This document shows, in pieces, positions 9,568-20,325 of a stretch of DNA of 64,000 bases. The first letter of the stretch is position 1; every line of letters begins with the position of its first letter. A program made the translations under genes and the position numbers. Origin of the DNA: Nitrospirota bacterium (lineage in GTDB: Bacteria > Nitrospirota > UBA9217); the NCBI GenBank assembly GCA_035623825.1, contig DASPSR010000007.1:224603-288602 (forward strand), given 5' to 3'. Below the pieces are notes generated by a model. That model made no database searches. It saw only the letters and a program-made list of their open reading frames with translations, and had not been told where the DNA came from.

Positions 9568-12168
9568 ATGGTACGGTTTGATAAACTTACACTAAAAGCG
9601 CAAGAAGCGTTGCAGGCGGCTCAGGACATCGCCGGGAAGCGACACCATCAACAGATGGAACCCGAACACCTGCTGCTTGCACTCGTCGCTCAGACAGACG
9701 GCGTCGTACTCCCGCTGCTCAAGAAACTCGGCGCAGATCCCGCCAGGCTCAAGGACGAAATCGAGGAAGCCCTGAACAGGCTCCCCCAGGTCGAGGGGCT
9801 GGTGCAGACCTATCTTTCGCCGAGGCTTGGCAGGCTATTCGACAAAGCTGAGCAGGAGGCCGATCGGTTCAAGGATGAGTATGTCAGCACCGAGCATCTA
9901 CTGATCGCCGCAGCTGACGGCGACGGCGCGGTACATGACATTCTCGCCCGGCACGGAATGACAAAGGACCGGATTTTCACAGCCCTCATGGACATCAGAG
10001 GGTCCCAGCGAGTGACGGATCAGAATCCGGAGGACAAGTACCAGGCCCTTACCCGTTACGGCAGGGACCTGACTGATTTGGCGCGACGAGGGAAGCTCGA
10101 TCCCGTAATAGGCCGCGACGAGGAGATCCGACGCGTGGTTCAGGTGCTATCCCGCCGTACCAAGAACAATCCCGTGCTCATCGGCGAGCCGGGGGTGGGC
10201 AAGACAGCAATTGCCGAAGGGCTTGCACAGCGCGTCGTGAGCGGCGATGTGCCTGAAGGGTTGAAGAACAAGCGCGTGGTCGCGCTCGACATGGGCGCGC
10301 TCATCGCCGGTGCAAAGTACAGAGGCGAGTTCGAGGATCGTCTGAAGGCCGTGCTCAAGGAAGTGACGGAAGCCAACGGCGAAGTGATCCTCTTCATCGA
10401 CGAACTGCATACCGTCGTCGGAGCAGGCGCCGCAGAGGGTGCCATGGACGCTTCGAACATGCTCAAGCCCGCGCTTGCCCGTGGCGAGCTGCGGTGTGTT
10501 GGGGCCACCACGCTGAACGAGTATCGGAAGCACATCGAGAAGGACCCCGCGCTCGAGCGCCGGTTCCAACCGGTCATGGTGAGTGAGCCCTCGGTGGAGG
10601 ACACGATATCGATCCTCCGAGGCCTCAAGGAGCGATACGAGGTGCATCACGGAGTGAAGATCAAGGACTCGGCTCTCGTGAGCGCCGCGGTTCTCTCGCA
10701 CCGCTACATCGCAGACCGGTTCCTGCCTGACAAGGCCATCGATCTGATCGATGAGGCTGCATCGCGCCTCCGGATGGAGATTGACAGCATGCCGATTGAG
10801 CTTGACGAGGTGGAGCGCAGGATCAGGCAACTCGAGATTGAGCGGGAGGCCGTGAAAAAGGAGCAGGACCTCGCATCGCGGGAGAGGCTCACGAAGATAG
10901 ACAAGGAAATTTCCGAACTTTCCGAGAGGCGGAGCGGCCTCAAGGCACAGTGGCAAGCTGAGAAAGAGGGAATTCAGAAGATACGAAGCATCAAGGAACA
11001 GACCGAGCAGGCCAAGGTCGATGCAGAGAAGGCTGAGCGAGAAGGCAATCTGGGACGTGCGGCTGAGCTGAGGTACGGTAAGCTGCTTGAACTCCAGAAA
11101 CAGCTCGATCAGGAGTCGTCCAAGCTTGCAAAAGTGCAGTCCCAGAAGAAGATCCTGAAGGAAGAGGTGGATGATGAGGATGTGGCCGAGATCGTATCCA
11201 AGTGGACCGGTATTCCTGTGAGCAGGATGCTCGAGGGCGAGGTCAAGAAACTGCTGCATATGGAGGAGAAGTTGCGGATGCGCGTCGTAGGCCAGGACGA
11301 GGCTATTGAGGCGGTTTCCGATGCGGTGCGACGGGCGCGCGCAGGCATCCAGGACCCGAACCGTCCGATCGGGAGCTTCATCTTCATGGGTCCCACGGGC
11401 GTGGGCAAGACGGAGCTCGCCCGGGCGCTCGCCGAGTTCCTCTTCGATGATGAGCAGGCTATGATCCGTATCGACATGTCTGAGTACCAGGAGCGACACA
11501 CGGTTTCACGCCTTATCGGGGCCCCCCCGGGGTATGTGGGGTATGAGGAGGGAGGTCAGCTGACCGAAGCAGTACGGAGGAGGCCGTACTCTGTCATCCT
11601 ATTCGATGAGATCGAGAAGGCGCACCCTGAGGTCTTCAACGTGCTGCTTCAGCTTCTCGACGACGGCAGGCTCACCGATGGCAAGGGTAGGACCGTGGAT
11701 TTCAAGAACACGGTAGTCATCATGACTTCGAACATAGGTAGCCAGTACATCCAAGACCTCCACAACAATGAGCAAGAGATGCGTCGGAGAGTGACAGAGA
11801 CGATGCGTCAATACTTCAAGCCGGAGTTCCTGAACCGAGTTGACGACATAATCATCTTCCATCCTCTAGATGCCGAAATGCTGAAACAAATCGTTTCCAT
11901 CCAGGTCGGGCGCTTGCAGAAGCGGCTGACTGACAAGAAGATCGAGGTAGAGCTTACTGACGGCGCCAAGGAGCTCATGGCCGAGGAAGGCTTTGACATG
12001 GTCTACGGCGCGCGGCCGCTCAAACGAGTGATCCAGCGGGACGTGCTGAATCCGCTCGCGTCAAAGATACTTTCCGGAGAAGTCAAGGAAGGCTCGAAAG
12101 TCGTGGTGGATCGGGAAGACCGCCGGCTTGTTTTCAGGTCGGCAGCGCAGGCGATGGCCTCCAGGTAG
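9568..12168 (+). CDS. clpB: ATP-dependent disaggregase ClpB
   Basis: Two AAA+ modules ([16 protein letters not shown]) and coiled-coil M domain; SD GAGGAGG before ATG 9568. Confidence 0.97.
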   Translation: MVRFDKLTLKAQEALQAAQDIAGKRHHQQMEPEHLLLALVAQTDGVVLPLLKKLGADPARLKDEIEEALNRLPQVEGLVQTYLSPRLGRLFDKAEQEADRFKDEYVSTEHLLIAAADGDGAVHDILARHGMTKDRIFTALMDIRGSQRVTDQNPEDKYQALTRYGRDLTDLARRGKLDPVIGRDEEIRRVVQVLSRRTKNNPVLIGEPGVGKTAIAEGLAQRVVSGDVPEGLKNKRVVALDMGALIAGAKYRGEFEDRLKAVLKEVTEANGEVILFIDELHTVVGAGAAEGAMDASNMLKPALARGELRCVGATTLNEYRKHIEKDPALERRFQPVMVSEPSVEDTISILRGLKERYEVHHGVKIKDSALVSAAVLSHRYIADRFLPDKAIDLIDEAASRLRMEIDSMPIELDEVERRIRQLEIEREAVKKEQDLASRERLTKIDKEISELSERRSGLKAQWQAEKEGIQKIRSIKEQTEQAKVDAEKAEREGNLGRAAELRYGKLLELQKQLDQESSKLAKVQSQKKILKEEVDDEDVAEIVSKWTGIPVSRMLEGEVKKLLHMEEKLRMRVVGQDEAIEAVSDAVRRARAGIQDPNRPIGSFIFMGPTGVGKTELARALAEFLFDDEQAMIRIDMSEYQERHTVSRLIGAPPGYVGYEEGGQLTEAVRRRPYSVILFDEIEKAHPEVFNVLLQLLDDGRLTDGKGRTVDFKNTVVIMTSNIGSQYIQDLHNNEQEMRRRVTETMRQYFKPEFLNRVDDIIIFHPLDAEMLKQIVSIQVGRLQKRLTDKKIEVELTDGAKELMAEEGFDMVYGARPLKRVIQRDVLNPLASKILSGEVKEGSKVVVDREDRRLVFRSAAQAMASR

Positions 12169-12304
12169 GGATAGTACGGAGGTCCTTCGCAGCTGCGCCA
12201 CAAAAAAAGACAGCAAGACAAATTATTTATGGTTGACAAAAGAATAATGGTGGTATATTATTACAGTTAGATCGCTGCGGTTCCGGGATGAGGGCACGTA
12301 GGGA

Positions 12305-13441
12305 ATGTCTAAAAAAAGTACTGCCAAGAAGAAGTCAGACGATAAAATGGGTGCAAAGCGGGACTATAAAAACCTTTTTTATCGAAAGCTTACCGAAACT
12401 CACCTGTTCTACGAAGTCGGCAGGATAATCGCGTCAGAGTTAGAGCCATCCGATCTTGTTGAAAAAATCGTGTCGTCAATCAGAAAAGCGATAACCTTTG
12501 AGGGTGCCTCTGTTTATGTCGTGAAAAAGGACATGACAGGCCTTGACCCGCTGTCTGTGCATGCGCCGTCGGCTCAGGATAAGACATTCGGCGCGGTCTA
12601 CTTTGATGTCGGTGCACCCGGTGAGATCGCGGCAAGCGGCGAACCGCTTTTCTTGGAAGATGCGACCCTCTTCGAGGGTTTTATCCACCATCCCGATGAG
12701 GAGATCAAGACCGGCAGCTACATCGGTGTCCCGCTGAAAAATGAGAACCGCATTGTCGGAGTGATGGGCTTCAGCCACAGCAGGAAGGCTGCGTTCAGGG
12801 TCGAGGACTTTGATCTGCTCCGGACCCTTTCCCACCTGATTTCCGCCGGCATCGAGAAGGCTGAGCTCTTCAAGAAAACGTTAGAGCTCTCGCGGGTCGA
12901 TGAACTGACCGGCTTGCTCAACTATCGGGTCCTCCTGGAGAAGCTGGAAGAGGAAATCCACAGACAGGCTCGTACTGCCAGAGAGTTCTCATTCATCATG
13001 ATTGATATCGACGACTTCAAGCGGATCAACGACCGCTACGGACACCTTGAAGGGAGCAGGCTGATAGCGCAAATGGGGCCACTTCTGAAATCTGCATGCA
13101 GGACGGCAAGCACTGACATCTGTTTCCGCTACGGCGGAGAGGAATTTTCGATCCTCCTGGCAGAGACGGATCTGCAGGAGGCCTTGGGCGTTGCCGAACG
13201 GGTGCGGAAGACCGTTGAGGAGTATCCGTTCTCTGTTAAAGTCATCCACCCGTTTGAACAGGTAACGGTAAGCCTCGGTGTTTCCATCGTGTCCCGGGGC
13301 GGAAAAACTGTCCCCGAGATCATGAACGAGGCTGACGTTGCGCTCTACCGGTCAAAGGCCACGGGCAAAAACCGTGTCACTCCGTACAGTGAGACGTATA
13401 CAATGCCCGGTCCTGCCCCAGAGCCGATGTCGGGGCATTAA
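12305..13441 (+). CDS. GAF-GGDEF diguanylate cyclase
   Basis: GAF domain, DELTGL, DID.FK.IND.YGH, RYGGEEF. Confidence 0.92.
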   Translation: MSKKSTAKKKSDDKMGAKRDYKNLFYRKLTETHLFYEVGRIIASELEPSDLVEKIVSSIRKAITFEGASVYVVKKDMTGLDPLSVHAPSAQDKTFGAVYFDVGAPGEIAASGEPLFLEDATLFEGFIHHPDEEIKTGSYIGVPLKNENRIVGVMGFSHSRKAAFRVEDFDLLRTLSHLISAGIEKAELFKKTLELSRVDELTGLLNYRVLLEKLEEEIHRQARTAREFSFIMIDIDDFKRINDRYGHLEGSRLIAQMGPLLKSACRTASTDICFRYGGEEFSILLAETDLQEALGVAERVRKTVEEYPFSVKVIHPFEQVTVSLGVSIVSRGGKTVPEIMNEADVALYRSKATGKNRVTPYSETYTMPGPAPEPMSGH

Positions 13442-13443
13442 CC

Positions 13444-13620
13444 CTAAAAACACCCAAGCTGGCACGCCGAAATCTTGATCTTGATCTCATTGCAGATCGA
13501 TCCAATCTCCTTTAAGGGGACCTTCAGCTCACGGGCCAGTGAATGGGCCTTTCCGCACGTTAGCCTGTCCTTTACCGATGCATTCCGTATTGCTTCCATG
13601 ATGATCTTCTTGCGGGTCAT
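13444..13620 (-). CDS. 58-aa small Cys-containing protein ending CQLGCF (not in ORF track)
   Basis: SD AGGAGG; MTRKKIIMEAIRNASVKDRLTCGKAHSLARELKVPLKEIGSICNEIKIKISACQLGCF. Confidence 0.8.
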   Translation of the reverse strand: MTRKKIIMEAIRNASVKDRLTCGKAHSLARELKVPLKEIGSICNEIKIKISACQLGCF

Positions 13621-13838
13621 ACTTCCTCCTCTGTTACCATCCTGGCGAGGTCAACCCAGAATCGGGATTCTCTGAGACAAACAACGCCGGGAGCCACTAT
13701 AATACACGATGCGCAATGTAGGATGCAAGAAAAGAACGTTCTCCCTTGGCTTAAGCCCGACAATATCCGTTTCCGGGGTTGACTTGTCACCATCACTCAG
13801 ATAAAATACGGAATACCCGACAGAGAGGAGGAGCAGGA

Positions 13839-14771
13839 ATGGCGCAATCGTTCGACGCAATTATCATTGGATCAGGACCAGCCGGACTTACGGCAGCGAT
13901 CTATCTCGGGCGTGCTGGCCAAAAGGCCGTTGTTCTGGAAAAAGATTTTACCGGCGGGTACACGGCAAAGATCGCGCATATCGAGAATTACCCGGGATAT
14001 GAAACCATCAGCGGCATGGATCTCACCATGATCATGGCAAAACAGGCGGAAAAGTTCGGTGCCACGATTGTTTTCCCAGTTGAGGTGATCGACCTGGAGC
14101 TCAAAGGAGAGGTCAAACGGGTCCGCACGCGCGAGGAGATTTACGAGGCGCCCGCCGTGATTATTGCAATCGGTGTGGCCAGAAAGAAACTGGAAGTTCC
14201 CGGGGCGAAGGAATTCCTCGGCAAGGGCGTCTCCTACTGCGCTACCTGCGACGGGGCGTTCTTCAAAGGGAGGACGGTAGCTGTGGTCGGATCGGACGAC
14301 GAGGCTGCAGAAGAAGCTCTTCACCTTGCCGATCTTGCCGACAAAGTATCTCTGGTGCCGCACAAGGAACTCGATGTTGTCGTGGCAGTCATGGCAAGGA
14401 TGAAATCCAAAACGAATCTGGAAATCCATCCTGTATCGCACATCAAGGAGATTATCGGTGATGAGTTGGTAACCGGCCTCAAGATCTTGCGGGACAACAC
14501 GGAAAAAGTGCTGCCCTTCGAAGGCGTGTTCATCGCCATGGGCTCAACCCCCATTTCTTCACTCATCCTTAAGGCGGGCGGGCTCGCCGACGACCGTGGC
14601 TGCCTGATCGTGGACAAGCACCAGCGGATGAACATCGACGGCGTCTTCGCCGCCGGCGACTGCACCTGCGGCGGAATGCAGATCGTGTCCGCAGCGGGCG
14701 AAGGAGCCGTTGCGGGCATGCGGGCTGCCTCGTACGTACGGAAGATTAAAGCCAAGACATCGGGAAAATGA
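13839..14771 (+). CDS. trxB: Thioredoxin reductase family flavoprotein
   Basis: GSGPAGLTAA, GKGVSYCATCDG, GVFAAGD; second nucleotide motif degenerate. Confidence 0.85.
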   Translation: MAQSFDAIIIGSGPAGLTAAIYLGRAGQKAVVLEKDFTGGYTAKIAHIENYPGYETISGMDLTMIMAKQAEKFGATIVFPVEVIDLELKGEVKRVRTREEIYEAPAVIIAIGVARKKLEVPGAKEFLGKGVSYCATCDGAFFKGRTVAVVGSDDEAAEEALHLADLADKVSLVPHKELDVVVAVMARMKSKTNLEIHPVSHIKEIIGDELVTGLKILRDNTEKVLPFEGVFIAMGSTPISSLILKAGGLADDRGCLIVDKHQRMNIDGVFAAGDCTCGGMQIVSAAGEGAVAGMRAASYVRKIKAKTSGK

Positions 14772-14906
14772 AAGGCAAGCGCCAAGTCCCATGCGCCCGA
14801 ATCCAACTACAGTTTAAGTTCCCATTTATGAAGACTTCGCTTCTGTTCATTGGTAGTTGTTTGTAATTTTGATATTGGTATTTGATATTTTCCATTTGGG
14901 GTATCG

Positions 14907-16193
14907 ATGACCGTCAAAGATATGCTTGGCCGCTCCGGTGTGGTAACGAAAGAAGAGGCGCTCAGGATGATTGCAGAGCGTTACAGGCCGCCCGTTATCC
15001 CTTCAGAAGAGATCTCCATCGGGCTTTCCCTCGGAAGAATAATGGCACGGGATATCACGTCGCCAGTTGATCTGCCTGAATTTGACCGGTCGACAATGGA
15101 TGGGTACGCCGTCCGCAGTGCGGACACCTTTGGCGCCGCCGAAGGCCGGGCAGCTTATCTTCGCATCGTTGGAGATATCCCCATGGGGAAACTGCCCGAT
15201 CGGGGTGTCACCACGGGTCAGGCAATGAGGATCGCCACTGGTGGCGCGCTCCCACCGGGTGCGGACGCTGTAGTGATGTTCGAACACACCCAGCCCGTCG
15301 ACGTGGAAGGCGTCGAGGTCGTGAAAGCTGTTGCGCCCAGGGAAAACGTCACCCTGGCAGGGGAAGACATCCGGAAGGGTGAGCCGGTGCTCTCGAAAGG
15401 TCATGTAATCCGTCCGCAGGACATGGCGGCGCTTGCCGGCATGGGTATCATGCACGTACCGGTGTTCGAGAGACCGCGTGTTGCGATTATATCCACGGGC
15501 AACGAGATCGTTTCCGCCGATACCGTTCCTGGACCAGGCCAGATACGGGACAGCAATTCCTATAGCTTAGAAGGTCTCATCACACAGGTAGGCGGAGTTC
15601 CCGTGAAAATGGGGATCATCCCCGATGATTACGGCCGCCTGCGGAGAACCCTGGAGGACGCCATGCAGCATTGCAATCTTGTCCTGTTCACCGGCGGAAG
15701 CTCCGTTGGAACGGCGGATTTTACGGCGAATGTGATCAACGATATGGGACCACCGGGTGTGCTTGTGCACGGAGTTTCGATTAAGCCCGGAAAGCCGCTC
15801 ATCATCGGCTTGGCGAAAAGGAAAGACAGAAACGAACAGGTTCCGGTGTTCGGCCTGCCGGGACATCAGGCGGCGGTTGCCATCTGCTTTGAGGTGTTTG
15901 TGAAACCCGTTCTTGCGAAGCTGACCGGCGCTGTGCCGCATCCCGCCTTGGAGGGAATTTCCCCCAGTCGATTGGTAAAGGCTAAGCTCGCTCGAAGCAT
16001 CTCCTCCTCCCCGGGTCGCGAAGATCACGTCCGCGTAACGCTCGAAAAACGTGATGATGGCCTCTGGGCTAGGCCCGTCTTCGGCGCTTCCGGACTCATC
16101 AGCACACTCGTCAGGGCCGTGGGTACGGTAGTTGTGCCCGTGAACAAGATAGGGATCGAGGCGGGCGAAGAAGTGGAAGTGAGGCTATTTTAA
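14907..16193 (+). CDS. moeA: Molybdopterin molybdotransferase MoeA
   Basis: RSTMDGYAV, IATGG.LP.GADAV, STGNE, GGSSVG, IKPGKP. Confidence 0.93.
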   Translation: MTVKDMLGRSGVVTKEEALRMIAERYRPPVIPSEEISIGLSLGRIMARDITSPVDLPEFDRSTMDGYAVRSADTFGAAEGRAAYLRIVGDIPMGKLPDRGVTTGQAMRIATGGALPPGADAVVMFEHTQPVDVEGVEVVKAVAPRENVTLAGEDIRKGEPVLSKGHVIRPQDMAALAGMGIMHVPVFERPRVAIISTGNEIVSADTVPGPGQIRDSNSYSLEGLITQVGGVPVKMGIIPDDYGRLRRTLEDAMQHCNLVLFTGGSSVGTADFTANVINDMGPPGVLVHGVSIKPGKPLIIGLAKRKDRNEQVPVFGLPGHQAAVAICFEVFVKPVLAKLTGAVPHPALEGISPSRLVKAKLARSISSSPGREDHVRVTLEKRDDGLWARPVFGASGLISTLVRAVGTVVVPVNKIGIEAGEEVEVRLF

Positions 16194-16355
16194 CGTGAGA
16201 AGAGCAACCCTTCGGGACACAAACAACACGGTAAGAAATTCGGAATATGAACTGGATAAATTATCGAATGACTCGGAGAAGACGGGATTCATCAATTGTT
16301 TACTCGGATTCGTGAGAAGCGTCCAGGCGTGATATTCGCGCTAAAATCTTTGATC

Positions 16356-18284
16356 ATGTATAAGCAGAAAAAATATATTGAGAACCAACCACTCAATGAG
16401 GCGATTCAGAAATATCATGATGCACTCAAGGCTGAGGATATTGGCAAGCCTCTATCGGGTGAGCGTGTCCCTGTGGGCGATGTCCTGGGACGAGTGACAT
16501 CTGAGGCCGTGATCGCGAAGCTCTCCTCTCCTTTTTATCATTCCGCAGCCATGGACGGCTATGCCGTCCGCTTCATGGACACATTCGGCGCGGCAGAGAC
16601 GACGCCGAGGCGTCTCACGGTACCGACAATGGCTGTTGCCGTGGATACCGGTGACCCCATGCCGGACGGCTACGATGCCGTCATAATGATCGAAGACGTT
16701 GAAAGGGTCTCGGAGGCCGAGATCGAAATCTTAAAGCCGGCAACACCATGGCAACATGTGCGGCTTGTGGGCGAGGACATCGTCGCGACGGAGCTTATCA
16801 TCCCCGAGAACCACGTTGTCCGTCCAGTAGACATGGCGGCGATGATCGCGAGCGGCCATGCCTCGGTCATGGTGCGGCGCAGACCGGTCGTCTCAATCAT
16901 CCCCACGGGCTCAGAGCTCGTAGAACCAGGCAGCAAGCTCAAGAAGGGCGTCATCATCGATTTCAACTCGACCATGCTTGCGGCCATGACAACGGAGTGT
17001 GGAGCACATGCGGTTCGGCAGCATATCGTAAAAGACGATGCCGTCCTTCTTCGCAAGGCCATTCTCGAAGCGATTGCCGACACGGACGTCGTTGTCATCA
17101 ACGCAGGATCTTCAGCAGGCAGGGAAGACTTCACCGCGGACGTGATCGCAGAACTCGGCAAGGTTATTGTCCATGGCGTGAACATCAAACCCGGTAAGCC
17201 CGTGATTCTTGGCATTGTGAACGGGAAACCGGTAATCGGTATTCCGGGCTATCCGGTCTCTGCGGCGCTCACCTTCGCTCTCTTCGTTAAGCCCCGTATT
17301 CACGCACTGCTGGGGCTCGCGCCGCCTAAGCCAGAGACGATCACGGCCAAACTCAGCAGGCAAGTGGCATCCTCCCTCGGACAGGAAGAATTCATCCGCG
17401 TAAAGCTCGGAGACGTTTCCGGCAACCTGATCGCAACACCTGTGACCAGGGGAGCCGGGTCGCTCATGTCGCTGGTCAGAGCGGATGGTATTATCCGTGT
17501 TCCAGCGCAGAGCGAAGGGATTGCTGCCGGGCATGATGTGACTGTGGAACTTCTGCGGTCAGCCCGCGATATCGGAAATACCATCGTCTGTATTGGTTCC
17601 CACGATAACGCCCTTGATGTCCTCGCCAACTATCTGAAGAAGAAGCATCCGGAACTTTCCCTCTCCTCGGCCCATGTTGGCAGTATGGGAGGGCTTCTTG
17701 CGCTCAAACGTGGCGAGGCGCATCTTTCAGGTACCCATTTACTCGACGAGGAGACCGGCGAATATAATGTCAGCTTCATCAAAAAGATGCTCCCTGGCAG
17801 CAAGACGGTCCTCGTGAACCTTGTGTATCGGACGCAGGGATTCATCGTTCCCAAAGGGAATCCTAAAGGCATAAAGGGATTCGAAGACCTGGCGCGCGGG
17901 GGTGTGGTATTCGTGAACCGTCAGGCAGGTGCAGGAACGCGTCTCCTGACGGACCTGCATCTTAAGAAATTGAAGATTGACCCGAAGAACGTAAAAGGGT
18001 ATCATCACGAGGAATTCACGCACATGGCTGTGGCCGCTGCCGTACTGTCAGGAGCAGCGGACACGGGCCTTGCAGTGCTGTCCGCAGCACAGGCGTTGGA
18101 CCTGGACTTCATCGCGGTGGCGCAGGAACGGTACGATTTGGCAATCCCGAAGGAATTCTATGATACGCCTATGCTCCAGGAGTTGCTTGGGATCATTCGT
18201 AACGACAGGGATTTCCGTGACAAGATCGTCGGTATGGGGGGGTATGAGGTGACCGATATGGGCAAAGTTCTCGGTGTTTTTTAA
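16356..18284 (+). CDS. MoeA fused to C-terminal PBP-like oxyanion-binding domain
   Basis: MoeA motifs (AMDGYAV, IKPGKP, PGYPVSA) then GSHD, HVGSMGGL.AL..GEAH..G.HL, FVNRQ.G.GTR. Confidence 0.9.
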   Translation: MYKQKKYIENQPLNEAIQKYHDALKAEDIGKPLSGERVPVGDVLGRVTSEAVIAKLSSPFYHSAAMDGYAVRFMDTFGAAETTPRRLTVPTMAVAVDTGDPMPDGYDAVIMIEDVERVSEAEIEILKPATPWQHVRLVGEDIVATELIIPENHVVRPVDMAAMIASGHASVMVRRRPVVSIIPTGSELVEPGSKLKKGVIIDFNSTMLAAMTTECGAHAVRQHIVKDDAVLLRKAILEAIADTDVVVINAGSSAGREDFTADVIAELGKVIVHGVNIKPGKPVILGIVNGKPVIGIPGYPVSAALTFALFVKPRIHALLGLAPPKPETITAKLSRQVASSLGQEEFIRVKLGDVSGNLIATPVTRGAGSLMSLVRADGIIRVPAQSEGIAAGHDVTVELLRSARDIGNTIVCIGSHDNALDVLANYLKKKHPELSLSSAHVGSMGGLLALKRGEAHLSGTHLLDEETGEYNVSFIKKMLPGSKTVLVNLVYRTQGFIVPKGNPKGIKGFEDLARGGVVFVNRQAGAGTRLLTDLHLKKLKIDPKNVKGYHHEEFTHMAVAAAVLSGAADTGLAVLSAAQALDLDFIAVAQERYDLAIPKEFYDTPMLQELLGIIRNDRDFRDKIVGMGGYEVTDMGKVLGVF

Positions 18285-18300
18285 CTCTGGTTTAAAAATC

Positions 18301-18329
18301 AAAAAGGCGGAACAGTGCCTCTTTTTTTC
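18301..18329 (+). terminator. Probable terminator
   Basis: AAAAAGGC-loop-GCCTCTTTTTTT. Confidence 0.55.
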
Positions 18330-18368
18330 ATTGTGCGTTTTACATTTTAAATTTTATCGGAGGTAACA

Positions 18369-19082
18369 ATGCTCGCAATCAGCGCGGTGCCTGGATTGGG
18401 GACGGGAGTAATCGGTCTCTTTGGGGAAACAGGGTGGGTCGGTAAAGGGATCGTGATCATTCTCTTGGGATTTTCCATCGTATCCTGGGCCATGATCCTT
18501 CTTAAATACCAGTTTCTGAGAAAGGCTGAGAGAGAATCCCATGATTTCCTGTCTACGTTCCGGAAGACCAAGAACATCGACGAGCTCTTCAGGCATGCGG
18601 AGAGAACGAAATACAGCCCGCTTGCCACCCTCTTCATCGAGGGCTACCGGGAGACCGAGTCGATCATGAAGACCTTTCCGGACGGGAAGGCGCCCGAGGA
18701 AGAACGACCGCTCATAGCCCAGGAGATCGAGCGTTCTCTAAAGATCACAACGCAGGACGAAATCGTATACATGGAGCGTTACCTAGCGTTCCTCGGCACG
18801 ACCGGCACGGTAGGACCGCTCCTGGGCCTCTTTGGCACGGTTTGGGGCATCATGGACGCGTTCTACGGCATCGGCCTGAAAGGCGCCGGAGACATCGGCT
18901 CACTGGCGCCGGGGCTCGCGGCCGCACTGATCAACACCATATCCGGCCTGTTCGTAGCCATTCCTGCGGTAATCGCCTATAACTATTTCGCTGACAAGAT
19001 CCGGGACATCGCCATCCGTTGTGATTCGTTCTCCATGGAGTTCTTGAGTTTCCTCGAGAGAAATCTGAGGAGGCGGTCATGA
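18369..19082 (+). CDS. tolQ: TolQ (MotA/TolQ/ExbB family)
   Basis: FSIVSWA, PLLGLFGTVWGIM.AF, GLFVAIPAVIAYN; tolRAB context. Confidence 0.9.
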   Translation: MLAISAVPGLGTGVIGLFGETGWVGKGIVIILLGFSIVSWAMILLKYQFLRKAERESHDFLSTFRKTKNIDELFRHAERTKYSPLATLFIEGYRETESIMKTFPDGKAPEEERPLIAQEIERSLKITTQDEIVYMERYLAFLGTTGTVGPLLGLFGTVWGIMDAFYGIGLKGAGDIGSLAPGLAAALINTISGLFVAIPAVIAYNYFADKIRDIAIRCDSFSMEFLSFLERNLRRRS

Positions 19083-19498
19083 GCTTCGAGCGAAGAGAGA
19101 GGCACATCATCCGGGAGATCAACCTCGTACCGCTTATCGACGTGCTTCTGACGGTGCTGTTCTTCTACATGATCGTTTCTCCGATGATGAGCAGGGGCCT
19201 CGATGTAAACCTGCCCAAGTCCGAGGCGAACACCGTAAAGTCCGAAGACCGTATCGTACTCACGGTCACCCGGGCGCAGGAACTGTTTGTGGAGAAGGAG
19301 CGGGTGGACATTTCAAAGCTAAAAGGAGTGCTCGATTCCATACGGAAATCGAAGCCGCAGATCAACGTTTACCTCAGGGCCGACCGTGATGCTCCATACG
19401 GCGCGGTGGTGCAGGTTATGGATGTCGTAAAGCGCGCGGGTATCGACCGGTTGGGCATGGTGACCGAACCTGCATCGGGAGGCGAGACCGGAAAATGA
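19079..19498 (+). CDS. tolR: TolR (ExbD/TolR family)
   Basis: EINLVPLIDVLL, LRADR..PYG.VV.VMD. Confidence 0.9.
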   Translation: MSFERRERHIIREINLVPLIDVLLTVLFFYMIVSPMMSRGLDVNLPKSEANTVKSEDRIVLTVTRAQELFVEKERVDISKLKGVLDSIRKSKPQINVYLRADRDAPYGAVVQVMDVVKRAGIDRLGMVTEPASGGETGK

Positions 19499-20250
19499 GG
19501 CTGCTCTCCGGGAAGAGGATCGGGCAGTCGCGACCGGAACTGGCATACGCGGTTCTCTTTTCTTTTTTCCTCCATGGTATTATCCTATTTACCGCGCTCT
19601 TCTTGTACACGAGTGCCACGCCGAAGACATACGTTCCCCCCGCTTATCAGGTCAAGCTGGTTGGTCAACCCGCAGAAATCCCAAGGGAGCCATCGGAAAG
19701 ACCCGCGGGAAGCGTTACGCCTCCCCTGCCGAAGCACGAGGAGAAGGCCGCTCCGAAGAAGAGTACGATTCCACAAAGGGTCGCAAAGACAGCTCCCGCG
19801 AAAGGAGCCATGCCAGAGCTTGCGCAGCCAAAGCATCGGCCAATAAATGAGGAAGTGGCAAAGCCGGAAGAAACCGCGAAGGAACAGCACGCTGGGCCGG
19901 TCGGAGGCCCGTCCGTGTCGGGCGGCGGGGCGGCATCCGGCGTAAGTGTAGCTACAGCCCAGCCGGACTTCAAGTTCCAGTACTATATCGACAGAGTTCG
20001 GGACAAGATAGGTCAAAACTGGAGACCGCCACCGGATGCTAAAGACGCAAAGGCCAGAGTCATATTTACCATCAACAGGTCGGGCTGGATAGGGGAAGTC
20101 AACCTGGATACTGGACACTCGAGCGGTACCTTCGGCTTTAAGCAGGCAGCAGTAAGAGCAATACAGTCGTCAAATCCGTTTCCGCCCTTGCCCGATGATT
20201 TTGCAAAACAGTCGCTGGAGTTCAGTGTGGATCTGATGGAGAAAGAATAA
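19495..20250 (+). CDS. tolA: TolA/TonB-family energy transducer
   Basis: N-terminal TM with S-x3-H, Pro/Lys-rich linker, TonB_C-like C-terminus (NW.PP, SSG..F..AA.RAI...PFPPLP). Confidence 0.75.
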   Translation: MRLLSGKRIGQSRPELAYAVLFSFFLHGIILFTALFLYTSATPKTYVPPAYQVKLVGQPAEIPREPSERPAGSVTPPLPKHEEKAAPKKSTIPQRVAKTAPAKGAMPELAQPKHRPINEEVAKPEETAKEQHAGPVGGPSVSGGGAASGVSVATAQPDFKFQYYIDRVRDKIGQNWRPPPDAKDAKARVIFTINRSGWIGEVNLDTGHSSGTFGFKQAAVRAIQSSNPFPPLPDDFAKQSLEFSVDLMEKE

Positions 20251-20325
20251 AGTCAGGAACCGGAGCCGGGGCAGGGCGAAGAAAAAAATATTCCCTTGAC
20301 CCTTGACTCTTTATCATCGCGAGTC

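Noticed and set aside
10147-11499. Long antisense ORFs (450 aa opposite clpB; also opposite pilQ, yyaL, cusA)
   Set aside because: Shadow frames of conserved GC-rich genes, with no domain features.
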